Assembly: GCA_963662315.1 (NCBI GenBank)
Contig: OY759353.1
Span: forward strand, 2,400,001 to 2,464,000
Direction: 5' to 3'
Source of the DNA: Geopsychrobacteraceae bacterium
Lineage (GTDB): Bacteria > Desulfobacterota > Desulfuromonadia > Desulfuromonadales > Geopsychrobacteraceae
Length of the DNA: 64,000 nucleotides
Shown here: positions 31,639-40,161 of the stretch, piece after piece
Layout of the letters: every line of letters begins with the position of its first letter
Position numbering within the stretch: position 1 is the stretch's first letter
Notes under the pieces: model-generated
Told to the model about the DNA's origin: nothing
What the model saw: only the letters and a program-made list of their open reading frames with translations
The model's database searches: none
Program-made: the position numbers and the translations under genes

Positions 31639-32015
31639 CGGGCCGCCTCCGTTTGCAGGCTGACACTCTTAAAATCAAGGTGTCTCAGGAGATCCATTAC
31701 GCCAACAAAGGCCTGAAGAGCCACCTGATGATCAGCACGGATAACAACCGGACGTTGCCGGTCAAAACCGACCAACATAGCTTCCAATTGACTTAAATCT
31801 ATAACCGAATTTTCAAAGTACAGAATTCCCTGCCGATCAATATCAATCTGCACTAACCCTTTTGCTTCACCGGGAGGAGCTTCAGCCTGCGGCAATTTGA
31901 TCGGGATCGCGCCACTACTGATAAAGGTTGCCGTAGTCAGAACTATGGTCAACATAACCAGCATGATATCAATGAAGGGAATAACATTGATACTGTCGAA
32001 CCCTCTAGTGTCCAT
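31635..32015 (-). CDS. exbD: Biopolymer transporter ExbD
   Basis: INVIPFIDIMLVML, VVIRAD; GGAG RBS before ATG 32015, overlapping the exbB end. Confidence 0.93.
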   Translation of the reverse strand: MDTRGFDSINVIPFIDIMLVMLTIVLTTATFISSGAIPIKLPQAEAPPGEAKGLVQIDIDRQGILYFENSVIDLSQLEAMLVGFDRQRPVVIRADHQVALQAFVGVMDLLRHLDFKSVSLQTEAAR

Positions 32016-32430
32016 GCTCCGCCTCCCACCTGGTAACAATTTCCTTAACCCGACGCAGCAACAGGTTGTAAAGCACAATAGCGGGAATCGCAACCAGCAG
32101 CCCGGCGGCAGTGGCCTTAAGGGCTAACGCCAGGCCGGTCATAATACGCGCCGAATCGACCAGCCCGTCACTCCCCATGGTGTAGAAGGTCAACATGATT
32201 CCCAGTACCGTACCCAGCAGTCCAATATATGGGGCATTACTGCCAATGGTCGCGATCAGGTGCAGCCGCTCGGTCAGGCGCAATTCGAGCAACCCACGGT
32301 CAGAGAAATCTTTCGTGTCAAAACTGCGATAAGTCCGCCAACGCTCAATAGCAAGGGCAACCACCACCACACTCATCAAACCAAGCAACCCAATGACACC
32401 GTAATCGATTGCTTCTTTCAGCCATTCCAT
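32005..32430 (-). CDS. exbB: TonB-system energizer ExbB (short type)
   Basis: IATIGSNAPYIGLLGTV.GIM, ALKATAAGLLVAIPA. Confidence 0.93.
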   Translation of the reverse strand: MEWLKEAIDYGVIGLLGLMSVVVVALAIERWRTYRSFDTKDFSDRGLLELRLTERLHLIATIGSNAPYIGLLGTVLGIMLTFYTMGSDGLVDSARIMTGLALALKATAAGLLVAIPAIVLYNLLLRRVKEIVTRWEAEHGH

Positions 32431-32500
32431 AGTGAATCTCCTGTTATAGCAACCTCACATGAGGATGTTTATTACTGATTAAAAAGGGATAAAAACATGT

Positions 32501-34384
32501 TTAAAACTTTGCCTGCACACCAGCAACAAAGCGGATACCGTCATCCGGGTAACCGGCATGAACCATGTAGCGGCGATCAAAAATGTTATCGATTTTGATA
32601 TAGCCATCACACTGCAGAGACCCCAACGGTAATGGTGACGACGCTTTGACATCAACCCGCGTGTAGCTGGCTAATTTTTGACTGCCCAGGTTCTCCAGCT
32701 GGCTGTAACGCACCCCTTCATAGCGGAAGGTCCCTTCCAGACGAACCTTGGTCCCCGGAATGCGATATTGTAAATTCTGGCGCAACTTATAGCGCGGTGT
32801 GTAAGCAAGCTGTTTATCCGTAGCACTGTTTTCTGAGTGCTGAACAATAAAGCTGGTTTCAGAACTCAAACCGCTAAACAGGGGCAACTTACCGGTCAGT
32901 TCGACCCCTTCCCGCCAGGCACTGGCGACATTGACCGGCCGGTAAATCAGATCACTGCCACGTTCATAACTGATCAGATTATCGGTATCGGCACGAAACA
33001 GGGTGGCCTGAAACAGAGCCTCTTTGGTGGGCCGATATTCGATACCGACATCATAGGACCAGATACGCTCCTCTTTCAGGTCAGGATTGCCCCGGGTCTG
33101 ATCAATGGAGCCATGAGCAGACTGGTAGAGCTGGCCAAAGGATGGAATTTCCACCCGATAACCAGCCTTGGCACGCACCAGCAGGGTATCAGTAAGCCCC
33201 CACCCAATCCCCGTGGTAAAACCAGGATCAACACCAAAATCACTGGTCGCATCACCACGCAGACCGATAGTTGTCGTCACACGGCCTATACGGCGATCGT
33301 ACTGTCCACTCAAGCCTAAGCGACTGCGGTCATGGTCACCAGCCAGGGTCTGATCAATATGGTCATAATCGGTCAGGACACCAATACGGGCTTCCCAGCT
33401 ATCATCGTCACCCACCCAGGTGGTATCGGCCTTAAAACCGACCTTATGTTCATCCAGAGTCGCTACCGTTCCTGACTGGGAACGATCTCGCAGGGTGGTG
33501 ACATCCCCGAACAGGGTGGTCTCCAGGCTACCACTATCGCCCAGAATACCGGCATAGCCTAAATCAAGCGATGCTTTCCGATAGCGCTGACGCGCATCCG
33601 GTGTCGGATTATCGATGGGACCGGCCGAACCATACTCGGCTTCATAATAGCGGCTGTTAAAGGTATAACGTGCCCCTGCTGCGGTTTTACGGTTCCAGTT
33701 TAAAGCCAGCGCGCCGGTATCCCGATCACTGTTGCTGCGCTTGCCATCACTATGAGACGCCCCTGCAGTCAGCTGGGCGGAGCCGGAAAAAAGCTCGATA
33801 TTCTGGCTGATACTGCCATCGACAAGACCGTAGGAACCACCTTTCACTTTGACAATGGTTGCCGCCGGTTTATCTTTACTCTCCAGGGACGGAGTTTTGG
33901 TGATAATATTGATGGCGCCGTCACTACCACCAGGGCCAAGCCATACAGGTACTGGTGGCTTGAATACGGTCACCGATTCAATCTGGTCAACCGGCACACT
34001 ATTCAAATCAAAATTGCCATACTGATTGGTGCTCAAAGGACGACCATTAAGGAGCACCAGCACCCCCGAAGAACGGCCAGAGCCACGAATGGAAATACGT
34101 GTTCCGCTACTGCCACTCTGGTACACCTCGACCCCCGGCATGGTTCCGAGGACTTCATCAACGGTATTCAGGTTACGTTCAACAATCTCGTTTTTTCCAA
34201 CCGTTTCCACCTGCTGCGGGTAGTTACGAATATACTCCTCAACCCGGTCAGCAGTGACTGTAACGACAGCAAGTTCCTGGGTCGTCAACGCAGTATCTGC
34301 TGCACATGCATAAATGCCGCCACCAAGCAACATGGCAACCGTGCCGCTCAGCCCCAGGGCCATTTTTATAATCATTTTTTTCAT
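32501..34384 (-). CDS. TonB-dependent outer-membrane receptor (B12-cluster receptor 2)
   Basis: Signal peptide, VTVTA, plug ISIRG...VLLNGRP...IESVTVFK, GNPDLKEE, NIFDRRY, C-terminal Phe. Confidence 0.9.
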   Translation of the reverse strand: MKKMIIKMALGLSGTVAMLLGGGIYACAADTALTTQELAVVTVTADRVEEYIRNYPQQVETVGKNEIVERNLNTVDEVLGTMPGVEVYQSGSSGTRISIRGSGRSSGVLVLLNGRPLSTNQYGNFDLNSVPVDQIESVTVFKPPVPVWLGPGGSDGAINIITKTPSLESKDKPAATIVKVKGGSYGLVDGSISQNIELFSGSAQLTAGASHSDGKRSNSDRDTGALALNWNRKTAAGARYTFNSRYYEAEYGSAGPIDNPTPDARQRYRKASLDLGYAGILGDSGSLETTLFGDVTTLRDRSQSGTVATLDEHKVGFKADTTWVGDDDSWEARIGVLTDYDHIDQTLAGDHDRSRLGLSGQYDRRIGRVTTTIGLRGDATSDFGVDPGFTTGIGWGLTDTLLVRAKAGYRVEIPSFGQLYQSAHGSIDQTRGNPDLKEERIWSYDVGIEYRPTKEALFQATLFRADTDNLISYERGSDLIYRPVNVASAWREGVELTGKLPLFSGLSSETSFIVQHSENSATDKQLAYTPRYKLRQNLQYRIPGTKVRLEGTFRYEGVRYSQLENLGSQKLASYTRVDVKASSPLPLGSLQCDGYIKIDNIFDRRYMVHAGYPDDGIRFVAGVQAKF

Positions 34385-34437
34385 CTTTTCCTCAGTTGAT
34401 TGAGAAATTTTTCCCCAAAAAGCATCACAACAATTTT

Positions 34438-34782
34438 TTAATTTTCCGGAACGTAGACGACCGACCCGTCTTTCAAACGATAAGCCGTACCAAGGCGTTC
34501 CCCCTGCCCTTTGGCTTTTTCCGGGGTAGAACGCAGCACTTCGATCTTGCGCCCCTTCTTTTTGATGATCTCCATCTGTCCGTCAGATGTCTTTTTGACA
34601 ATCGTCATTTCGCTCTCCTGATTGAACAGATCATCCATATGGTAAGCCGAAAAAACCGCTACGATCAGGGCAACAATAAAGACCAGTCCAATATCAAACA
34701 GATTTGCTACCCCGGAGAGAGGATCTTCATCTGTCATATCGTCTGCAGAACTGAACGACCGCTTTTTATGCAGATATTTCAT
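34438..34782 (-). CDS. DUF2149 family protein (HmuV-like, ExbD-like partner)
   Basis: DPLSGVANLFDIGLVF TM and GERLGTAYRLKDGSVVYVPE signature. Confidence 0.9.
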   Translation of the reverse strand: MKYLHKKRSFSSADDMTDEDPLSGVANLFDIGLVFIVALIVAVFSAYHMDDLFNQESEMTIVKKTSDGQMEIIKKKGRKIEVLRSTPEKAKGQGERLGTAYRLKDGSVVYVPEN

Positions 34783-35435
34783 GCCGCTTGTGACTCCACA
34801 ACTAATTCTTCGTTGCCGTTAGTAGTGACTGTCTGAGACGCTCCATCCAGAACATTAAGCTCGGTAATGATCTCCATATAGCGCAGGTCTTCCTGCTGCC
34901 AGCGTCTCTGGAGCAGATACAGAACATAGGCAATCAGACCAACGGCCATTCCGACAACCGTGGTGGTAAAAGCGATGACCAGATCGGCGGACAGACGGGT
35001 CATATCCCCCTGGCCGAGTGCTGCCAATCCTGTTCCCATAGGAATCAAAGTGCCAATCAAGCCAAGACCGGGGCCGGTTCTTACCAGAATCATCAGCCGA
35101 TCAAGCTTTTTACTTAAGGCAAGACGATGGTGCTGGAGCAAATTTTCCACCTCAAGCTCAATATGGCCCTGCTTTCCCACCAGTAACTGGCTCAGATCTC
35201 TGGCATAAGCTCTGACCGGAAAACTGCAGGCGCTTGTGACAAATTCACTATCGGCCAGGCGCGCCAATCCGGTTTTCAATGGTTTCAGTCGCAGCCGTTC
35301 AAAGACATCAGCGCAAAAGACTCCCACCAACAGTAACACCCAGACCGACAGACCGGCCAACAACACGACAACGGGGTAGAACAGAGCCGCAGAAATCAAA
35401 TAAATATAGGTTTTAAGAAAGGCAAAAATCATCAT
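34779..35435 (-). CDS. MotA/TolQ/ExbB proton-channel family protein (HmuU-like)
   Basis: GPGLGLIGTLIPMG..L, LVIAFTTTVVG. Confidence 0.9.
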   Translation of the reverse strand: MMIFAFLKTYIYLISAALFYPVVVLLAGLSVWVLLLVGVFCADVFERLRLKPLKTGLARLADSEFVTSACSFPVRAYARDLSQLLVGKQGHIELEVENLLQHHRLALSKKLDRLMILVRTGPGLGLIGTLIPMGTGLAALGQGDMTRLSADLVIAFTTTVVGMAVGLIAYVLYLLQRRWQQEDLRYMEIITELNVLDGASQTVTTNGNEELVVESQAA

Positions 35436-36178
35436 AAACTCCTCTGTTGCTGGCGCCTTTTATACAGGTAACCAGCAGCTATTATTATGACTATTCCAAA
35501 TATAAATTGAGTCAGTGTCGTTGTTTCAGCAACTTGCACCCCCGCTTTGGACAAGCGGAAAATACGTTCGATCTGGGCAAATTGAGGCACAATACATAAA
35601 GCGGCGATAAAGTAGCTGGCCAGCAAACACATCAGGCCACCCATGATCTGGTCAAGACTGCCCTGGCGTGGTGCACAGTGCCAGAACAGCAACCCGGCAC
35701 TGACCAGTTGCACCACCGCAAATCCACCAGCCAAAGCCGACATGGCCAGCAGGGCTTGGTCGGGAAACAGGTTAAGAATAAAAGCGCTCTCCAGCAAAAT
35801 GACCGAAGCACACACAGGGCACGGCAGACTGAGCAATAACCAGCCGCGTTGCTGTCCACCATGCTCCTTTCCGCGCTGCCGTAATAACAGGAAGATGCCC
35901 CAACCCCCAAGCAGCACCGCACTGATCAGATGCAGGGTCATACCGGCAGCAAACAATTGCTGTAACTGGGGAAAATAGTTGAGCAGAGAAATCCGCGTCA
36001 GGACGACACCACAGAGAAAAAACACCAACAGGTAGGCGATAACATGCAGGCTACCGGCCACCCCCTGGCGGCGTCTGCCCTTTATGGTCGTTAACAGATA
36101 GCCAAGACCAATACCGCTTTTGACGGCAAATATCCCCAGACCAAAAATCAATCCCATGATCAGACTTTTCAGTTCCAT
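35432..36178 (-). CDS. DUF2162 family multi-pass membrane protein (predicted transporter)
   Basis: GIFAVKSGIG, PCPVC motif, about 7 TMs; sits between cobN and MotA/DUF2149. Confidence 0.8.
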   Translation of the reverse strand: MELKSLIMGLIFGLGIFAVKSGIGLGYLLTTIKGRRRQGVAGSLHVIAYLLVFFLCGVVLTRISLLNYFPQLQQLFAAGMTLHLISAVLLGGWGIFLLLRQRGKEHGGQQRGWLLLSLPCPVCASVILLESAFILNLFPDQALLAMSALAGGFAVVQLVSAGLLFWHCAPRQGSLDQIMGGLMCLLASYFIAALCIVPQFAQIERIFRLSKAGVQVAETTTLTQFIFGIVIIIAAGYLYKRRQQQRSL

Positions 36179-36190
36179 GCTCTAGTTCTC

Positions 36191-39100
36191 CTACATCGCC
36201 TGACGGCGCCGCCGCCACCAGATCCCGCCAACGACAAGAGCCAACAGTGCCAGAACACATACAGAGGCCAGCCATTGCACCCCGGAAGAGGTCAGTTCGG
36301 TCGCTTTATCTTCATTGGTGACCCGTTCCATTTTGTAACCGGTCACGTCCTCGTTTTCGGCTCCAGATTGAACACTCTGTTGCGGATCACTCTGGTTACT
36401 AAGCTGTTGCTTTTCTGCTTCAGCCTGATTCTTTTCGAAACCGGCTACCAGTTGTTGTTGCAGTTGCTGCCGCTCTTCCACCTGTTCAGCGAGGGATTTT
36501 TTTGCCATTTTTTCGATGGCGACCTTGAACTGTTCCACCAGTTCCGGACTCATAACCCCGGGTAAAGATGCAATATTGACCACCATCTGGTTGAGTGCCG
36601 GGTTGTTGCAGGTGTGATCGCAACAGGCAACGCCATGTTTCAATACATTAGCGATATATTCCTTGGCCAGTTTCTGAGTCACCTCATCCCCTGGCTGCCA
36701 ATAGCCTTTGCGCACCGTTTCCAGAATCCTGGCGGTTATGGACTGATAGGCCCAGGGGCTGCTTTCGGCAAAAAATTTGGCGAGTTCCTGATCATATTTA
36801 TCCTCGACATAAACCTCATAAACCTGCTGCCACTTATCAGCACTCACGGCATTGGGAACGGTCACCTGCCAGCCCCACAGGTTTTCGGTAAAATCAGCCA
36901 TTTGCCGGGCACCGGCATAGTTTTCCTTTTTCATCCCTTCGATCCACTTAGGATTCAAATAGCGGGTGCGCAGTTCGCGGCCAATGGTTTTGGCAACATC
37001 CTCGACTTGTGCCTCATCGCGACGACGGTTGAGAGTCACCATGGTTGTTGGCGCTGTGCCGCGGACATTTTTAACTGCCAGCGCCATCCCCCCCAGGTAG
37101 GAAAAGAAATCATCGGTATCAATAATGCCGATGACATTACTGGAACGGGAATGGACAGCGACATCGACATGGCGCAGGTTTTCCTTCAAAGTCTCCTTAA
37201 CAGGCACCGCCCACTGCCCCTGACCAACCGCAAACTGAGCCCGGTTCAGATAAACGTTGCTGATCTCCGCGTCCGATTCCCAGAAACCGGACGCACCGAC
37301 CATCTCTTCCACTCCATTGCCGTAGGAGCCAACCTCTTCAGTAAAGATCCGGAAACGCGACTGTTGCTCTGCCTCTGCGGCACTCATGCCTTGCTCCATC
37401 AGGCGTGCTTTGATGGTCTGGCTGTTCTTGGCAATAAGGTTTTCCACATCGGTCTGGAGCAGTACTTTTTGTACCGCTTCATCCAGATACAGCAGTTTGT
37501 CAGGGAACATATCGCGGTACAGCCCGGACGGATTAATCAGCACGTCAATGCGTGGCCGCCCCAGTTCTTTGCCGGGGATAATGCGCATATCTCGCACCTT
37601 ATCAGTCTTGTCCCACACCGGTTCGACCCCCATCAGATAGAGAATCGTCGCTTCATTGACCCCTTCATTGCGGCAGGTTTCAAAGGCCCATAAGACAACC
37701 CCGACCTTTTCCGGGTAGTGGCCACTTTCCTGCAACTTATTGGCGATAATCTTCTCGGCGGCCGTCTTACCGATTTCCCAGGCGGCTTTGGAAGGAACCT
37801 TCTGCGGTGAAAAACCATAAAAATTACGCCCGCTTGGCAATGCCGCCAGGTTGCGCAAGGGGTCATTTCCTTCCCCCGGTTCAACATATTCCCCTGCCAG
37901 GGCACGCATGAAAGTATTCATCTCATTAGCGCCTGAGCGGTGTAAGTCATGAGCAACCTGGTCCTGATCAGCATCCGGGTTCTGGTCCATAATCAGCGTA
38001 ACCGTCTCCTCCTCGGCCTGAGGTTCATCGGCGTTACCAAAGGTGTGCAAGCCATATGGGAGGGAGTTGGTGTCGATCTCATGCAGATAGAGGTGGATCT
38101 GCTCAATGGCTTCAGCGTTCAGCTCATTAATGCCCAGATCCTGATCGACGCCCAGCTTGCGAACCAGAGCGCCAAGCTGTTTGCGATATTCCTCAGCGGT
38201 TTCACTGCCATTGGCGTGGGCATACTCATATTTGTGATGCAGGTCGTGCAGCTGGGCATACTCACTGTAAAGGTCTGCTTTACGCATGGGTGGGGTCAGG
38301 TAATCGATGACAACGCCACGGCCACGACGTTTGGCCTCAATCCCTTCGGCAATATCATCAACAATATAGGGGTAGATATTGGGAATATCGCCAACCATGA
38401 TTTCCGGCGCGTCAGCAGGACTCAAACCGGCCTGTTTACCCGGCAACCATTCATAAGTGGAATGAGTACCAAGATGAACCATGGCATCAGCCTGAAAGCG
38501 CTCCTTCAACCACAGATAGGCCGCAATATACTGGTGATGGGGATAGAGGGTGGTATCGTGATACATCTTCATCGGATCGTCAGACCAGCCTCTAGCCGGT
38601 TCCGGCATCAGGACAACATTACCAAGTTTGACCATGGGAAAAATCAGTTCTCCGCCACGGGTCATAATGGCGCTTTCTTCCGGTTGTCCCCACTGTTTGA
38701 GAACTGGCGCTTTAAAAGCTTCAGGTAACTTGGCAAACCACTGCTTATATTCGCTGAGGGGTACTTGTTCCACCTGACCGCTGGCGATCAGGGCATCCAG
38801 TTCACCCGGAGCCCAACTACCGACGTTACGCCCACCGGCCAGGATCATTTCCTGCAGTTTGGCTTCACTGAGCTGTTCAGCACCTGCTACCTGGTAACCA
38901 TCCTGCGTCATGCGCGCCAGAATCACTTCCAGGCTGCGGAACACGTTCATATAAGCGGCAGCGATATTCTGCTTGCCCTGACTATGGTTGTAGTAAAGGA
39001 TGGCGACCTTCTTCCGGGCGTTGTCCTGGCGTTGTAACGCGGCCCATTTCTGCAGGCGTCCAATCAGCAGGTCACAGGTTTCTGGAATCGTTTCATAGAT

Positions 39101-40159
39101 GGAATATTTGCGTCCGCTCTGCTCATCCACCAGATCCTTGCGCCCGATCACCACTGTGGGTTCAATGGTTCCGGACAGTTCGGGCGTTGCCACGGCCCAG
39201 GCGGTTTCCAATGGTCCCAGGCCAACCTTGCTGGCACGCCATTCAGCGATACTTTCAGCGTAAGGACGAATGACATTGAAAACCGGGACATTGAGATCGA
39301 TCAAAGTCTGGCGAATATCATGGTTTAGGGATGAAGCAAATTTCAGGCTGAAGGCCAGCAACAGATCGACGGGGCGTTGGTTATTGCGCGGGCGCAGGAA
39401 GTGCTTCATAACCAGATCGACCGGGCCAAAACAGGGCAACACGTTAAACCCGGCTCTTTCCAGACGCACAATCAGATCATCCATGGCCTCAACCTGCCCT
39501 TCCTTCAGGCTGTTGGCAAAGTCCATAATACCGACCCAGGCGGCACCCGGATGATACCCTTTGCGGCTTTGGTACCAGTGCTGATATTCCTCAAGATCGA
39601 TAAAGTACTTGTCGCTCTCAGGGTGATGGAGGCTGGTCGCCGGAATCAGCTGCACCGGTTGAAAGCTGATATTTTTATCGATGTGGCGCTGCACCGCCAG
39701 ACGCACCAGATTAACCATGTTGCCAACACTGCGGTTGTTGTAATAGGCAATCAGCTGATCATCGAGAACGATTCCCTTAGCGGCTAATTTTTCCGGATCC
39801 CCGGCGTTGTTCAGAGCATAGACCCGACGCCCCTTAATCAGGTTGTGCTGTTCCAGATAATCGGGTAACTGCGGCATCATGACATTGACCAGCACCACTG
39901 ACGCCGCAGCAATGAACTCCTCGGCCTGAGAATCCTGTTCCAGGTCGGCCAGGGTAAAGTAACGCACACTGATGTTGTCCGGCAGATCGAGCTGACTTAA
40001 GGCCTTGTGCAACTGGTAACTATTGATATCAATTTCCAGAATGGCAACCCGCTCAGGCATTTCTGCATTGACCAAAGAGGGGAAAACGGTATTCAGCAGC
40101 AGGCAGGCCAGGCCGAAAAAAAACAATGAGGAGAATTGCGCGAATAGCTGTTTAACCAT
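36191..40159 (-). CDS. cobN: CobN/Mg-chelatase H-family protein, exported and C-terminally anchored (copy 1)
   Basis: PHHQYIAAY, HLGTHSTYEWLPGK, PNIYPY, AKRRG, LPSGRNF, RPRIDV..SGLYRD, RYLNPKWIEGM; signal peptide SLVNA-E; C-terminal TM plus WWRRRR. Confidence 0.93.
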   Translation of the reverse strand: MVKQLFAQFSSLFFFGLACLLLNTVFPSLVNAEMPERVAILEIDINSYQLHKALSQLDLPDNISVRYFTLADLEQDSQAEEFIAAASVVLVNVMMPQLPDYLEQHNLIKGRRVYALNNAGDPEKLAAKGIVLDDQLIAYYNNRSVGNMVNLVRLAVQRHIDKNISFQPVQLIPATSLHHPESDKYFIDLEEYQHWYQSRKGYHPGAAWVGIMDFANSLKEGQVEAMDDLIVRLERAGFNVLPCFGPVDLVMKHFLRPRNNQRPVDLLLAFSLKFASSLNHDIRQTLIDLNVPVFNVIRPYAESIAEWRASKVGLGPLETAWAVATPELSGTIEPTVVIGRKDLVDEQSGRKYSIYETIPETCDLLIGRLQKWAALQRQDNARKKVAILYYNHSQGKQNIAAAYMNVFRSLEVILARMTQDGYQVAGAEQLSEAKLQEMILAGGRNVGSWAPGELDALIASGQVEQVPLSEYKQWFAKLPEAFKAPVLKQWGQPEESAIMTRGGELIFPMVKLGNVVLMPEPARGWSDDPMKMYHDTTLYPHHQYIAAYLWLKERFQADAMVHLGTHSTYEWLPGKQAGLSPADAPEIMVGDIPNIYPYIVDDIAEGIEAKRRGRGVVIDYLTPPMRKADLYSEYAQLHDLHHKYEYAHANGSETAEEYRKQLGALVRKLGVDQDLGINELNAEAIEQIHLYLHEIDTNSLPYGLHTFGNADEPQAEEETVTLIMDQNPDADQDQVAHDLHRSGANEMNTFMRALAGEYVEPGEGNDPLRNLAALPSGRNFYGFSPQKVPSKAAWEIGKTAAEKIIANKLQESGHYPEKVGVVLWAFETCRNEGVNEATILYLMGVEPVWDKTDKVRDMRIIPGKELGRPRIDVLINPSGLYRDMFPDKLLYLDEAVQKVLLQTDVENLIAKNSQTIKARLMEQGMSAAEAEQQSRFRIFTEEVGSYGNGVEEMVGASGFWESDAEISNVYLNRAQFAVGQGQWAVPVKETLKENLRHVDVAVHSRSSNVIGIIDTDDFFSYLGGMALAVKNVRGTAPTTMVTLNRRRDEAQVEDVAKTIGRELRTRYLNPKWIEGMKKENYAGARQMADFTENLWGWQVTVPNAVSADKWQQVYEVYVEDKYDQELAKFFAESSPWAYQSITARILETVRKGYWQPGDEVTQKLAKEYIANVLKHGVACCDHTCNNPALNQMVVNIASLPGVMSPELVEQFKVAIEKMAKKSLAEQVEERQQLQQQLVAGFEKNQAEAEKQQLSNQSDPQQSVQSGAENEDVTGYKMERVTNEDKATELTSSGVQWLASVCVLALLALVVGGIWWRRRRQAM

Positions 40160-40161
40160 GG

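Noticed and set aside
36605..36634. c-type heme attachment site in the CobN tails
   Set aside because: The motif is CCDHTC, not CxxCH.
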